Notes under the pieces: generated by a model
The model's input: the letters and a program-made list of their open reading frames with translations, nothing else
The model's database searches: none
Told to the model about the DNA's origin: nothing
Shown here: one piece after another, positions 41,776-53,085 of the stretch
Numbering within the stretch: the stretch's first letter is position 1
Layout: every line of letters begins with the position of its first letter
Program-made: the position numbers and the translations under genes
Assembly (NCBI GenBank): GCA_016718205.1
Contig: JADKEB010000036.1
Coordinates: 52,148-116,147, forward strand
DNA length: 64,000 nt
Direction of reading: 5' to 3'
From: Saprospiraceae bacterium
GTDB lineage: Bacteria > Bacteroidota > Bacteroidia > Chitinophagales > Saprospiraceae

Positions 41776-43767
41776 ATGCCAATAACATCAAGATGTAGAA
41801 GTAAAATAGTGGTTTGCACACTGATATTCTTTGCATTTCTGAAAAGCATCAATGATTTATCAGCTCAAAATCAACCGAATATCGTTTTGATTTTTGGCGA
41901 TAATATAGGGGTAGGGGAGGTCAACTCGTACGGAGGTGTGCGCGGCGTACCTACACCCAATATCGACAAAATAGGGAAGGAAGGGATCAGACTCACCAAT
42001 TTTAATGTAGAATACACTTGTACGCCTTCCAGAATTTCCATCATGACCGGCAGGTATGCCATGAGGACAGGTGAGGATTATTTTTCCGGTATCACGTTGT
42101 GGGAAAACACCATAGCTGAAATCCTCCAAACTAAAGGCTACAAAACAGCTGTCTATGGCAAATGGGATGTCAGTGGTGATGACTGGATAGGTAAAAGAGA
42201 ACCCACGCAGCAAGGCTTTGACGAATGGTATGGCATCCCAGGTACGACCCATGTTTCTATGTTTTCATCCATGCAGGGTTTTCCAAAAGATGAGGAAGTG
42301 CCCTATGTTTATTCAGGGGTAAAAGGTGAAGTATCTAAAAAAGTGAAACCATTTGATATTCCTGCCCGAAGGATCATCGACAGAGAATGCAGCGAAAAAA
42401 GTGTAGCGTTCATTAGAAAAAATGTACAACAGAAAAAGCCGTTCTTTTTATGTTTTCCGATGACACAACTACATTTTCCAGCATTACCGCATCCGGATAA
42501 ACAAGGTACTACAGGAGCAGGAGATATGGCTGACTCGATGGCAGATATCGATTACAATGTAGGACTGATACTGGATGAACTTGATAAAAACGGTATCAGC
42601 AACAATACTATTGTCATATGGTGCGGTGACAACGGTGCCGAATTGCGACGACCCTGGAGAGGCAACCCCGGACCTTGGAGAGGATATTACAACTCTGCCA
42701 TGGAAGGTGGCGTCAGGAGTCCTTGTGTCATCCGATGGCCCGGGCAGATTCCTGCAGGTAGAGTCTCAGATCATATGGTCCATGAGACGGATTTTTTTTC
42801 AACATTTGCATCCATAGCTGACATTAAAGATTATGGTCAAAACGATCGTATCATTGATGGTGTAAATCAATTGCCTTTTCTACAAGGAAAACAGAATAAA
42901 TCCAACAGGCAAAGTTGTATATTTCTCAACAGAAAAGGACAGGTCATGGCTGTTAAATGGCAAAACTGGAAGTTTTGGTACCATTATAAAACAGAATTGC
43001 CTGATCCGGATCCGGATAATTTGGTGCGGCTATTTGATTTGAATGTAGATCCACAAGAAGAAATAGATGTTACCGATGAATATCCTTGGGTGATAGGAGT
43101 CATGGATTCTATAGTGAAAGAGTATGAGTTGTCTCTGATTAAATTTCCCATAGTACCTGCTTCCGCAAATAAAAATGAACCTTATATCCCACCCCTTCGT
43201 GAGATCGGAAAATGGCAGCCATCTTATACAAGAGCTGACAGAAATATGGACAATAAGCCAAAAAATGCGCTGGACAATCCTGATTTTTCGGGGAGCTGGT
43301 CCACTACTGAATTGAGTACCGTTTCGGTTATAAATCAAGGTGAAAAACCAAAGGTACCATCATTGGGCAGTGGATGGGGAGACAAACTGACCATAATTCA
43401 TACTCAAGATGACCTTAAAGTGGAAAAAGTGTTTTTTAATCCCAGAGAGACATTGCCGATATCTGTCAGCTACTATTCCTTAACGGGCCAAAAAACAAAT
43501 AACAACACTTATATAGGTCGTAGTTCAGAACCAACAGTCTCAGCAACCAGTTGGGTAGGCAATACCTTGATCATCAGCACAAAAATACCTTATATCGATG
43601 GGCATGATGGAAAATCCAAATTCAGTACTGTGGAATATTCATTATGGCTGGAAAAACCTACAGCACCACCCTTCGAGCCTAGGATGGTGATTGAAACCAA
43701 TAGATTTCCGATATCAGTAGGAATTCCTGTGAAGAATCAAACCTTTTACTCAAAAGGATATAGATAA
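41776..43767 (+). CDS. Arylsulfatase-family (formylglycine-dependent) sulfatase with a ~190-aa C-terminal extension
   Basis: 663 aa with a signal peptide. PNIVLIFGDNIG and the CTPSRISIMTGRY (C-x-P-x-R) motif. The region after about residue 470 is unrelated to the sulfatase fold. Confidence 0.85.
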   Translation: MPITSRCRSKIVVCTLIFFAFLKSINDLSAQNQPNIVLIFGDNIGVGEVNSYGGVRGVPTPNIDKIGKEGIRLTNFNVEYTCTPSRISIMTGRYAMRTGEDYFSGITLWENTIAEILQTKGYKTAVYGKWDVSGDDWIGKREPTQQGFDEWYGIPGTTHVSMFSSMQGFPKDEEVPYVYSGVKGEVSKKVKPFDIPARRIIDRECSEKSVAFIRKNVQQKKPFFLCFPMTQLHFPALPHPDKQGTTGAGDMADSMADIDYNVGLILDELDKNGISNNTIVIWCGDNGAELRRPWRGNPGPWRGYYNSAMEGGVRSPCVIRWPGQIPAGRVSDHMVHETDFFSTFASIADIKDYGQNDRIIDGVNQLPFLQGKQNKSNRQSCIFLNRKGQVMAVKWQNWKFWYHYKTELPDPDPDNLVRLFDLNVDPQEEIDVTDEYPWVIGVMDSIVKEYELSLIKFPIVPASANKNEPYIPPLREIGKWQPSYTRADRNMDNKPKNALDNPDFSGSWSTTELSTVSVINQGEKPKVPSLGSGWGDKLTIIHTQDDLKVEKVFFNPRETLPISVSYYSLTGQKTNNNTYIGRSSEPTVSATSWVGNTLIISTKIPYIDGHDGKSKFSTVEYSLWLEKPTAPPFEPRMVIETNRFPISVGIPVKNQTFYSKGYR

Positions 43768-43788
43768 TGGACCTAAAATCAATAAAAA

Positions 43789-44532
43789 ATGAATAAATTT
43801 TGCAGCATATTTCTTCTTGTGTTGGTAAGCCAATCTTTGTTTGGTCAATCGGCGACTTCAAAAAAGGTCTTGTTTGTGGGCAATAGTTATACCTATTTCT
43901 GGAATTTGCCATTGACTGTCCAGGTCATGTCAGAAAAAGATTCTGTTCAACTGATCACAAAACAATCAACAGGCGGAGGTATGAGTCTCCGACAGCATTG
44001 GAATCATGAAAATAACCTGATCACCAAAGACATCATGGATAATAACCAATTTGACATCATCATCCTACAAGATTTTAGTATGCAAGCCATCAATAAGCCA
44101 GACAGTTTGTTGTATTATGGAAAATTATGGAACGACTTCATAAGGAATTATGGCGCGAAAGTATATTTGTACACGACGTGGGCAAGAGAAAATGATCCTC
44201 AAAAACAGCAAATCATCACAGATGGGTACCAAAAGTTGGCTCTGGAAATTGGGGCTACCGTTGTGCCTGTTGGTCAGGCTTGGGAAAAAGTACGTGCACT
44301 TCGCCCTGATATTCAGTTATTTGATAAGGACGGCAGTCATCCTTCTCCGTCGGGAACATATCTTTCAGCATGTGTATTTTATGCAGTGCTTACTGGCAAA
44401 AGTCCGGTGGGTTTACCAGGCAGAATTATCACTAAAGACAGAAATGACGAAAAACTCTATCTGAACATACAGTCAGATAATGATGCAAAATTTATGCAGG
44501 AATTGGTGCAGGAATTGGTATTAGGAAAGTAA
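43789..44532 (+). CDS. SGNH/GDSL-like hydrolase (DUF4886-like)
   Basis: 247 aa with a signal peptide. VLFVGNSYTY (block I) and DGSHPSPSGTYL (block V). Confidence 0.7.
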   Translation: MNKFCSIFLLVLVSQSLFGQSATSKKVLFVGNSYTYFWNLPLTVQVMSEKDSVQLITKQSTGGGMSLRQHWNHENNLITKDIMDNNQFDIIILQDFSMQAINKPDSLLYYGKLWNDFIRNYGAKVYLYTTWARENDPQKQQIITDGYQKLALEIGATVVPVGQAWEKVRALRPDIQLFDKDGSHPSPSGTYLSACVFYAVLTGKSPVGLPGRIITKDRNDEKLYLNIQSDNDAKFMQELVQELVLGK

Positions 44533-44590
44533 AATCATGTTTCTTGCAATGTAAAGATGTTATATCTAAGTGAATCAAATTGGTGCTATA

Positions 44591-45002
44591 ATGGAAAATC
44601 GAAATTTGAATGAAATAATTAAGGAATTGGCTTACAATGGTAGGGACTATGATGCTATTTTAAAAGAGTTAGAATCGCAGAACAGTAATTTTTCTGGTGA
44701 ATCAATAGACGCCGCAAAAAGAAGAATTGATGACTACATTGTGGATTTTCAACTTGCAAGTCAGGAAAGACGTAAAGGTCGGGAACACATGATAATAGGT
44801 TTTTTTTTTTAGCATTATAGGATTTGGCATAACGCTGTACACTTTTTTTACTGGTAGAAGTGGTTTTGTTTTGGTTTGGGGAGCAATAATATTGGGTACT
44901 GTTGAATTTTATTATGGGTACAAGATCTTTCGAACGCCTATCGAAGAGCTGGTACCGAAAAAAAATAAATTTCAAAATGGAGGAATATTCAAGAAGCGCT
45001 GA
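44591..45002 (+). CDS. Small protein with a two-TM C-terminal half, interrupted at a T11 tract (44800..44810)
   Basis: MENRNLNEII...MIIGFFF* stops inside the T run. The frame shifted by one base continues SIIGFGITLYTFFTGRSGFVLVWGAIILGTVEFYYGYKIF... to the TGA at 45000..45002. Confidence 0.5.
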
Positions 45003-45133
45003 GAATTAATATTCTATTTACAATTGGGAATTCCGATCTGGATTAAAACATGACTTTTTTATGGCTTATTGATGTGGTATCTAAGTCGAGACCTATGACC
45101 CGAAAATCCAAATTATTGATACGACTCCCATCA

Positions 45134-45163
45134 AGTTTTAGTTTTAGTTTTAGTTTTATTTTT
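45134..45163. repeat. (AGTTTT)4-5 hexanucleotide microsatellite upstream of the SusC-like gene
   Basis: agttttagttttagttttagttttattttt. Confidence 0.8.
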
Positions 45164-45353
45164 ATAAATTTTTACTAAACTGAATACATACCAAATGCAC
45201 ACACAAAATGAGAGTCAAATTTTGAAAACAGTAAGAAAATCCTTACCAAAGCTACAACATATTCAAATTTAATTTATATTAAAAAAATTTGGTTGTTCCA
45301 TTTTGTTTTAATACTTTTGTTTTCTCATTAATTTTTTAACCAAAGTATCACAC

Positions 45354-48300
45354 ATGAAACAATTAGTATTTGCATTTTTATTTTTGATGGTGACCTTGAC
45401 TGTCTTCGGACAACGAAAAATCACAGGTTTGGTCACCAATGCCGCAGGAGAGCCTCAAATTGGCGCCAATATAGCCGTTAAAGACGCTCCGGCATCTGGT
45501 TCTATTACTGATTTTGATGGTAAGTATGAAATCACAGTACCTACAGATGCCAAAATGCTTATCTTCAGCTACACGGGATTCGAAACCAAGGAAGTGGAGA
45601 TTGGTGCATCGGATGTCATCGATGTCATCATGGACGAAGGAAAACTTCTTGAAGAAGTCGTCGTTACGGCTTTGGGTTTTACGACAAAAAAAGACAGGTC
45701 AGGCTCGACTGCATCCAGCGTCAACAAGTCGGCAATTAAATCATCAGGAGAACCAAATTTGCTTAATAGTCTGGGGAAAAACCGGGTGCGCCCGGTCATC
45801 GTGGATGGTGTGCCGATGTCTAATGACAATCTATATGGATCTGGATCATCCAGATCGGGAGGGGTGTCACAGTCATCACGTATCAATGACATCAACCCTG
45901 AAGATGTGGAATCCATTCAAATTCTAAAAGGAGCATCTGCCGCCGCATTATGGGGCTCCAGGGCAGCAAATGGGGTGTTGATGATTACTACTAAATCCGG
46001 AAAACTGAATCAAAAAATGAAAATCAGCGTATCTTCATCCTATTCAATAGATGAGATCAATAAAAGACACCCTCTTCAATCTACCTTTGGGCAGGGAGCA
46101 GCAGGTGTATTTGTTGAAGGAGGTGCCAATTCATGGGGAGATAAAATCGCAAATAGGTCTGGTGAGGCGGATGCTTTAAATATTGCGGGTCAAAGATTTG
46201 AAGGCGATAATGGCCGAATTGTATATCCCATCACCAAAAAAAATTCTAAACAAACTTTTGTCGACGAAAATTTTAACCAGGTTTTTCAGCAAGGTTTTGT
46301 AACGGATAATAACATCACCTTCTCTGGTGGTGGTGCTAAAACCAATAATTACTTTTCGGTAGGATACTTGACACAGGAAGGTATAGTAAAAAACAGCGAA
46401 TATACCAGAGCAACAGTTAGATTTAACAATCAAACGTTTATGTCAGATAAATTTGTTCTGACAACAAAGGCCAATTATGTTTATTCAACTGGAAACAGAA
46501 TACAGCAAAACTCCAATACGGCTGGACTTTATCTTGGATTGTTGAGAACTCCAGCAGATTTTGATAATTCAACTTACAAAGGAACCCATATAAGTGCTTC
46601 GGGTGTAGCCACAACAGGTCGACAAAGAAGTTATAGAAGACCTTTAGGTGATAATATCAATCCAACGTGGAACAATCCACTCTGGACTACCAATGAACAA
46701 AAAGCTCCTAATACAGTTCAGAGGTTTGCATTTTCCTCCAACTTGAATTATTCTCCTGTCAAATGGCTGCAGTTGGACTTAAGAGGTGGTTTGGATGGAT
46801 ATACTGATGACAGGACATATTTCTCTCCAATAGGTTCAGCAGCATTCAATACTGGAAGACTTGAGTCAGAAATTTTTAAAAATTCCGAAGTCAATCTTGA
46901 CCTGATTGGTAGAACAGAATTTGGAAAGCTGATGGATGGACAGATAGGCATCAATGGTACACTTGGTTTTAATATCAACGATAGAACTAGGTATTCTGAT
47001 TTTGCATCTTCACAAATTTTCCTGCTTCCATCAGATATTCAAAATTTTAGCAATAGCAGGTCTCCTTATGAAGTAAATAACAACAAAAATCAAATAAGGT
47101 CTAATAGATTGTACGGTATACTAACAATGGATTATGATGATCAAGTCTTTGTTAATTTATCTGGCACACAAGAAGCTGCCTCATCAGTAGCAGGTACTTA
47201 TTTTTATCCATCAGCAGATTTAGCGTGGCAGTTTACCAAATCCATAATACCAGCCAATGATATCTTATCATTTGGTAAAATAAGATTGTCCTATGGACAG
47301 GTAGGCGTTCAACCTGCGGCTTATTGATTCAAAACAACTTATGAGCAGTTTGCTTACGGGACTTACGATGATGCTTTAGATATCAATGAATTTGGTGGAG
47401 GATTTCGTGTTAATGATGATTTAGGCAACCCTAATTTAAAGCCTGAAATAAAAACTGAATTTGAAATTGGAACAGACCTTAGGTTGCTAAAAGACAAAGT
47501 CACTCTTGGTTTGACATATTACAAGAATACCATAGATAATATTCTTTTGGCCATTAATCTCACTCCAAGTTCAGGTTTTTTATCCCGATATGCAAATGCT
47601 GCTAAAATGGAAAACAAAGGTTTGGAAGTCGACCTTGGTATAAAAGTTTTTGACGAACAAAAATTTGGATTGGAGCTTTATGGTAACTTCAACAACAACT
47701 GTAACAAAGTACTGGATTTGTCAGGGGTAGAAAGATTGGCATTGACCGATCAGTCTATTACTTCCAATGCCATCGTAGGACAACCACTGGGCATTATGTT
47801 TGCTTCAAAAGCGGCCAGAAAAGCTGATGGAAGTCTGGCACTGAACGAAAGAGGATTCCCAACTCTGGCTCCTGAACAAGGAATAGTAGGTGACCCAAAT
47901 CCCGATTGGAGAGGAGGAGCAGGCATCAGAGGCCGTTATGGCAAATTGAATTTCAATGTCTTATTTGAGACATATCAAGGGGCTGATTTTGCTGAAAGAA
48001 CAAGATTTGTACTCCTTGCATTCGGTACATATCAGGATGTAGGAAATGAAGTGACACTAACCAAGGATTTAGTTAACAGTGCAGGCAAATTATTTACTGC
48101 AGGTACTACTGTAAGAGGAAATATTCAAAACTTTGGAGCTGGTGACGTTTTATTGGATGAAGGTTGGTACTCATCTCTTGGCGGTGGATTAGGAGGATCA
48201 GCCATCAATGAATTTGCCGTAGCTGACGGTAGCTGGACAAGACTTAGAGAAGTTTCTCTTGAATATAGTTTTTCAGGAAAAGCACTAAGCAAGATCGCTA

Positions 48301-48473
48301 AGTTATCTTCCATTGATGTGTCAATATCTGGTAGAAACCTGGCGATATGGACTGATATTTTAGGCATTGATCCTGAAGTAAATCAATCAGGAGTGGATAA
48401 TGGTTTTGGAATAGAGTACTTCACCAATCCAAGTACAAAATCCTGGGTGGCATCCGTTAAACTTAATTTTTAA
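45354..48473 (+). pseudogene. SusC/RagA-type TonB-dependent receptor with a single in-frame TGA (47325..47327) and an apparently shortened plug
   Basis: CarboxypepD_reg N-terminal domain (ITGLVTNAAGEPQIGANIAVK), plug motifs (INPEDVESIQILKGASAAALWGSRAANGVLMITTKSG) and a C-terminal barrel ending ASVKLNF. ORFs 45354..47327 and 47484..48473 are in the same frame, and the sequence between them reads through as FKTTYEQFAYGTYDD... Confidence 0.8.
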
Positions 48474-48499
48474 TCATACTTTTAAAAAAAATATTTGAA

Positions 48500-49909
48500 A
48501 TGAAGCGATTTAGAAATATATTCATTTTCACATTTATATTATCATTAATAAGCTGTGAAGGATTGGTGGATGGAATTAATGACAATCCAAACGCTATTGC
48601 AGTCGAAAGCGCAGATGCTGGACTGCTGTTACTTAAAGGTATTCAACTTGCAAATGTAAGTGTTCAGTTAGGCCATCAGGCCAGAATTGGTAGTATGTGG
48701 AGTGGCCAGTCACAAGGAGTTTTGTTGTTGTACAAAAGTATTGCTGAATACAATATTTCTGCGGAAGAAACAAACGGAATGTGGCAAAATGCCTACCAAG
48801 GCATTATCAAACAATGTAAAGTGTTAAGAGAACAGACTGCATCAAATCCTGCCATTAAATTGTATTCAGGAATTACAAAAGTGATCGAAGCGCAAACATT
48901 TGGTACCTTAGCTAGTCTTTTTGGTGATGTACCATTTAGTGAGGCTGCTGGTGAAATATCCAATCCAAAATTTGAATCTCAAAAACAAGTACTTGCAGGT
49001 GTACAAACTTTGCTTGATGAAGCCATTGCCGAACTCGAAGCAGCACCAACGGCAACTGTCGCTGATGACTTGTTTTACGCAGGAAATAAGACAAAATGGA
49101 TCAAAGCAGCAAACACAATTAAAGCGAGATATTTTATATTGACACGCGAATATGAAAAAGCTTTGGTCAGTGCTAAAAAAGGAATATTGTTAAAGGCCGA
49201 TGCAATGGTTTTCACACCTCCAGCCATTGGCAATGGTAGTTTGAATACCGTATTTAAAATGATTAATGAAAGAGCGGGATACTGGGGTTTTACAGGGTCT
49301 TTTATGGACAATATGTTGAAACCAGGAGCTAACAGTAGAAATCATACAAAAACCAATGAAGCCGCCAGACTCAGATATGTAGCATTTAATGGAAATACAG
49401 CCAATAGCAATTTAGGTATTGCAGCGAGAAACAGACCCCAAATATTGGTCGGGTATGAAGAAAATCTCCTGTATATTGCAGAAGCTGAAGCAAGGGTGGG
49501 CACAGATGCAGAAGCATTAAAAAACCTTAATACATTAAGGGCACACCTTCAGTCCGGAACTGGATTTGAAAAACTTGTGGCTAATGACTCCTTGAGATAT
49601 ACCGCTTTTACCATCCAGGATTTTGAAGCCGGTGGTATTGAAAACAGAGACAATAAGGCAGTAAAAACAGCATTACTCAGAGAAATCATACAGGAGAGAT
49701 ATGTTACCACATTTTTGAGCCATGTACCTTTTGAAGATTTAAGACGATTAAGTGGAAAGGAAAGAGATATTGCAGTTTTACCTCCATTTAATATTTCAAC
49801 CGCTACTAAATACCCACAAAGATTTATTGTAGCCCAGACGGAATTGAGTGCCAATCCAAACGCACCAAGCGACCCGGGAATATTTGCAGAAACAGAAGTA
49901 AACAGGTAA
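48500..49909 (+). CDS. SusD/RagB-family lipoprotein
   Basis: 469 aa with a lipobox (LSLISCEG). Lies 26 nt downstream of the SusC-like gene. Helical SusD-like composition. Confidence 0.8.
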   Translation: MKRFRNIFIFTFILSLISCEGLVDGINDNPNAIAVESADAGLLLLKGIQLANVSVQLGHQARIGSMWSGQSQGVLLLYKSIAEYNISAEETNGMWQNAYQGIIKQCKVLREQTASNPAIKLYSGITKVIEAQTFGTLASLFGDVPFSEAAGEISNPKFESQKQVLAGVQTLLDEAIAELEAAPTATVADDLFYAGNKTKWIKAANTIKARYFILTREYEKALVSAKKGILLKADAMVFTPPAIGNGSLNTVFKMINERAGYWGFTGSFMDNMLKPGANSRNHTKTNEAARLRYVAFNGNTANSNLGIAARNRPQILVGYEENLLYIAEAEARVGTDAEALKNLNTLRAHLQSGTGFEKLVANDSLRYTAFTIQDFEAGGIENRDNKAVKTALLREIIQERYVTTFLSHVPFEDLRRLSGKERDIAVLPPFNISTATKYPQRFIVAQTELSANPNAPSDPGIFAETEVNR

Positions 49910-49928
49910 CGGAATACAGCTATCATAC

Positions 49929-49966
49929 AAAATCCTTCCTGAAACTTTCAGGAAGGATTTTTTCAT
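49929..49966 (+). terminator. Rho-independent terminator after the SusD-like gene
   Basis: Perfect hairpin atccttcctgaaa-ct-tttcaggaaggat followed by tttttt. Confidence 0.75.
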
Positions 49967-50024
49967 TTGACTTCTATCTTTCCATTTCCCAATTTTATCT
50001 ACTCTACTTTTTAATCATTTTACC

Positions 50025-52874
50025 ATGAAATTCAGCCTGATATTTTTCATTACCATTTTAAGCATTAACATTTACGGACAAAAGAATCAGTTTCCCGGCA
50101 CAGACTTGTATATTCGGAATATAGGTCCTGCCAATCCGGGCGGCAGAGTAGTGGACATAGAAGCCCATCCTGATGATTTTACAAAAGTGTATGTTGCTTC
50201 TGCTTCTGGTGGCGTATGGAAATCCACCAACGCAGGGACCACCTGGCAACCAATTTTTGATCAATATGAGACAGCTTCCATAGGAGATATAGCCATAGAT
50301 CCTATGAATAAAAACACTCTTTGGGTAGGAACAGGTGAAGCAAATAACCGAAACAGCGTTTCATGGGGTAATGGAATATATAAATCAATAGATGGTGGCA
50401 AAACCTTTGAAAATAAAGGTCTTCAATCCACACAACAAATCAGCAGAGTTTTGGTCAACCCTAAAAATTCTGATGATGTTTGCGTTTGTGCCATAGGACA
50501 TCTATGGGGATATACAGGTGACAGAGGTCTTTTCAGAACAAAAGATGGTGGAAAAACCTGGAATAAAAAAACCAATGGATTGCCCAATGATGGTAAAACA
50601 GGGTGCACAGATCTGGTTAGAGACAGTAAAAATCCAAATATATTGTATGCGGCATTTTATCACCGATTGCGCAAGCCATGGAATTTTTTCTCAGGCGGTG
50701 AGCAAGGAGGTATATTCAAAAGTACAGATGGCGGAGAGACTTGGAAAAAACTGACCAATGGACTTCCTTCGGGTCCTACCGGAAGAATAGGTTTAGCCAT
50801 TTATGAAAAGAATCCCAATATACTTATGGCGATAGTAGAAGCTAAAAGATCTGATACATTAGCGGTACCTGGAAGCGGAATCTATCGGTCAGAAAACGGT
50901 GGGCAAACATGGTCTTATGTTAATACTTACAATAACAGGCCATTTTATTATTCCCAAATAAGGATCAATCCTTTGGATGATAAAAGAGTTTATGTGCTTA
51001 CCACAAGGTTTATGGTTTCTGCAGATGGCGGCAAGACTTTTAAAGATGGAAGCGAAGATCAGGAAGTGCATGGAGATTTTCACGCCTTATGGCTCGATCC
51101 AAAAAACACGGATAGATATTACCTTGGTGCTGATAAAGGTTTCTCGTTAACACACGACCATGGTGCTCATTTTCAGCTGATAGACAATCTGCCCATCACT
51201 CAGTATTATAGTATTAATTATGATATGAAGGAGCCTTATATGGTTTATGGTGGACTTCAGGACAATGGATCATTTGCTACACCATCTTTTTCAAGGGATG
51301 CACGAGGTATCCTGAATGATCATAATTGGAAGATGCATTGGGGAGACGGACAGGAAGCTGCTGTCAATCCATTTGATCCAAATGATGCGTATACAGGAAT
51401 GGAAAACGGTCATTATTTTAAATATAATCCACAAACCAGGGAGTTGAAACAAATAAGCCCTTCTTTTTATAATGTCCTGAATTTTAATGATTATTTTAAA
51501 ACGAGCGATACCATACAGGATGTCATGAGATTCAACTGGTCAACACCTTTCGCGTTGTCACCAAATGATCCATCCACAATTTATATGGCCGGAAACCATG
51601 TGTATAAATCTACCAATAAAGGTATGCAATGGACCATCATCAGCCCGGACCTGTCCACAAATGATCGAATAAAAAGAAAAGACGGCGCTAGTGGTGGCAT
51701 CACACCGGACAATACCGGCGCTGAAACACACTGTACGGTGTCTTCTTTATCCATATCATCAATTTCAGATGACATCATTTGGGCTGGAACAGACGATGGG
51801 CAGGTACAAGTCACTAAAGATGGTGGAAAATCCTGGCAAAATCTGACAGCCAAAATTTCATCAGTTACACAAGGATTGTGGGTGAGCAAGGTGGAAGCGT
51901 CCAAATTTCATCCCGGACGTGCATATGTCACTTTTGATGGTCACAGAAGCGATGATTTTGGGACATATATCTTTATTACAGATGATTATGGATCTAACTG
52001 GAATAGAATCAATTCCGGTTTTACAGAAGGGGAAGTCGTCAGGACACTCAAAGAAGATCACATAAACGAAAATCTGTTATTTGTGGGTACCGAAACTGGA
52101 GTGTATTACTCATTGGACAAGGGAAATTCTTGGACTAAGTTAAAAGGCTTGCCAACTGTTTCAGTATATGACCTTAAGATACATCCCCGTGATAATGACT
52201 TAATCATCGGTTCTCATGGTCGCGGTATCTGGATCGTCGATGATATCTCATCATTGCAGCAAATGTCAGAGATTACCTTGAAGAAAGGCATGCATTTCTT
52301 TGATCAAAAACCAACTACCCTCTGGCACAATGTCAGCAGAGGTGGACAGCGTGGCCATTTCTGGTGGGCAGGTGGCAATCCTGCCAATATAAAAAATACT
52401 TCCAGCGTTCCCAGAGGAGAATTTCGGACAGAGGTGCCTATGACCTTTTTTATTGGTTCTGATAAAATTGATAGTGTAAAGTTGGTCATCAGCCATCCTA
52501 ATAAAAACTTGTCATACACAAAGAAGATAAAAGTCAATCAAGGGGTGAACAGATACTTCTGGAACCGAGAGTTCGATAGCGAAGCCTTTGACAAACAGGA
52601 AAATGATTGGATCGTCAATTTTTTTAAAGAAAACATTAAAAAGGACAACACCAATGCCCTAAATACGGCCTACAACAGATATATAAGAGCAAATACTCCT
52701 TCTGCCAAAAGAAGAATAGTGCAGTCTTTGGTAGGAAATACTCTGATACCACCTGTAGATGAAAAATACGGCATACAGGAAGCAGGCCCAGGACTATATC
52801 ATGTGGAAATTTCATCCGGAGCATGGCAGGAGAAAGGACAAATCGTTATCAAAAAGGATCCGATGGGCAACTGA
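50025..52874 (+). CDS. Sortilin/VPS10-type BNR (Asp-box) repeat beta-propeller protein
   Basis: 949 aa with a signal peptide. Repeated S-x-D-x-G-x-T-W boxes (KSTNAGTTW, KSIDGGKTF, RTKDGGKTW, KSTDGGETW, RSENGGQTW, VSADGGKTF, VTKDGGKSW, YSLDKGNSW). Confidence 0.8.
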   Translation: MKFSLIFFITILSINIYGQKNQFPGTDLYIRNIGPANPGGRVVDIEAHPDDFTKVYVASASGGVWKSTNAGTTWQPIFDQYETASIGDIAIDPMNKNTLWVGTGEANNRNSVSWGNGIYKSIDGGKTFENKGLQSTQQISRVLVNPKNSDDVCVCAIGHLWGYTGDRGLFRTKDGGKTWNKKTNGLPNDGKTGCTDLVRDSKNPNILYAAFYHRLRKPWNFFSGGEQGGIFKSTDGGETWKKLTNGLPSGPTGRIGLAIYEKNPNILMAIVEAKRSDTLAVPGSGIYRSENGGQTWSYVNTYNNRPFYYSQIRINPLDDKRVYVLTTRFMVSADGGKTFKDGSEDQEVHGDFHALWLDPKNTDRYYLGADKGFSLTHDHGAHFQLIDNLPITQYYSINYDMKEPYMVYGGLQDNGSFATPSFSRDARGILNDHNWKMHWGDGQEAAVNPFDPNDAYTGMENGHYFKYNPQTRELKQISPSFYNVLNFNDYFKTSDTIQDVMRFNWSTPFALSPNDPSTIYMAGNHVYKSTNKGMQWTIISPDLSTNDRIKRKDGASGGITPDNTGAETHCTVSSLSISSISDDIIWAGTDDGQVQVTKDGGKSWQNLTAKISSVTQGLWVSKVEASKFHPGRAYVTFDGHRSDDFGTYIFITDDYGSNWNRINSGFTEGEVVRTLKEDHINENLLFVGTETGVYYSLDKGNSWTKLKGLPTVSVYDLKIHPRDNDLIIGSHGRGIWIVDDISSLQQMSEITLKKGMHFFDQKPTTLWHNVSRGGQRGHFWWAGGNPANIKNTSSVPRGEFRTEVPMTFFIGSDKIDSVKLVISHPNKNLSYTKKIKVNQGVNRYFWNREFDSEAFDKQENDWIVNFFKENIKKDNTNALNTAYNRYIRANTPSAKRRIVQSLVGNTLIPPVDEKYGIQEAGPGLYHVEISSGAWQEKGQIVIKKDPMGN

Positions 52875-53085
52875 CAGAGGGCGATGTGATAAACGTCCAT
52901 GACGATAATCATATTACAAAAAGCACAAGGGATATTCAATGGGATTAAAAAAAAATATAGTAATGAGCAAAAGAGCATTAGTCAGAATTAAGTAAGTAAA
53001 CTTAAGTAAACTTCCTAATCTTGATTTCCGGAATTATAAAGGTTTTCTGCCATATTGACCCAAATGAGTAAATTTTAAAGAAAAG

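Noticed and set aside
45514-45927. Overlapping alternative-frame ORFs (137 aa plus strand, 115 aa minus strand) lie in the plug region of the second SusC gene.
   Set aside because: I checked whether they might encode the 'missing' plug segment after a frameshift. Their translations contain no plug motifs, so the gap looks like an in-frame deletion rather than a frameshift.
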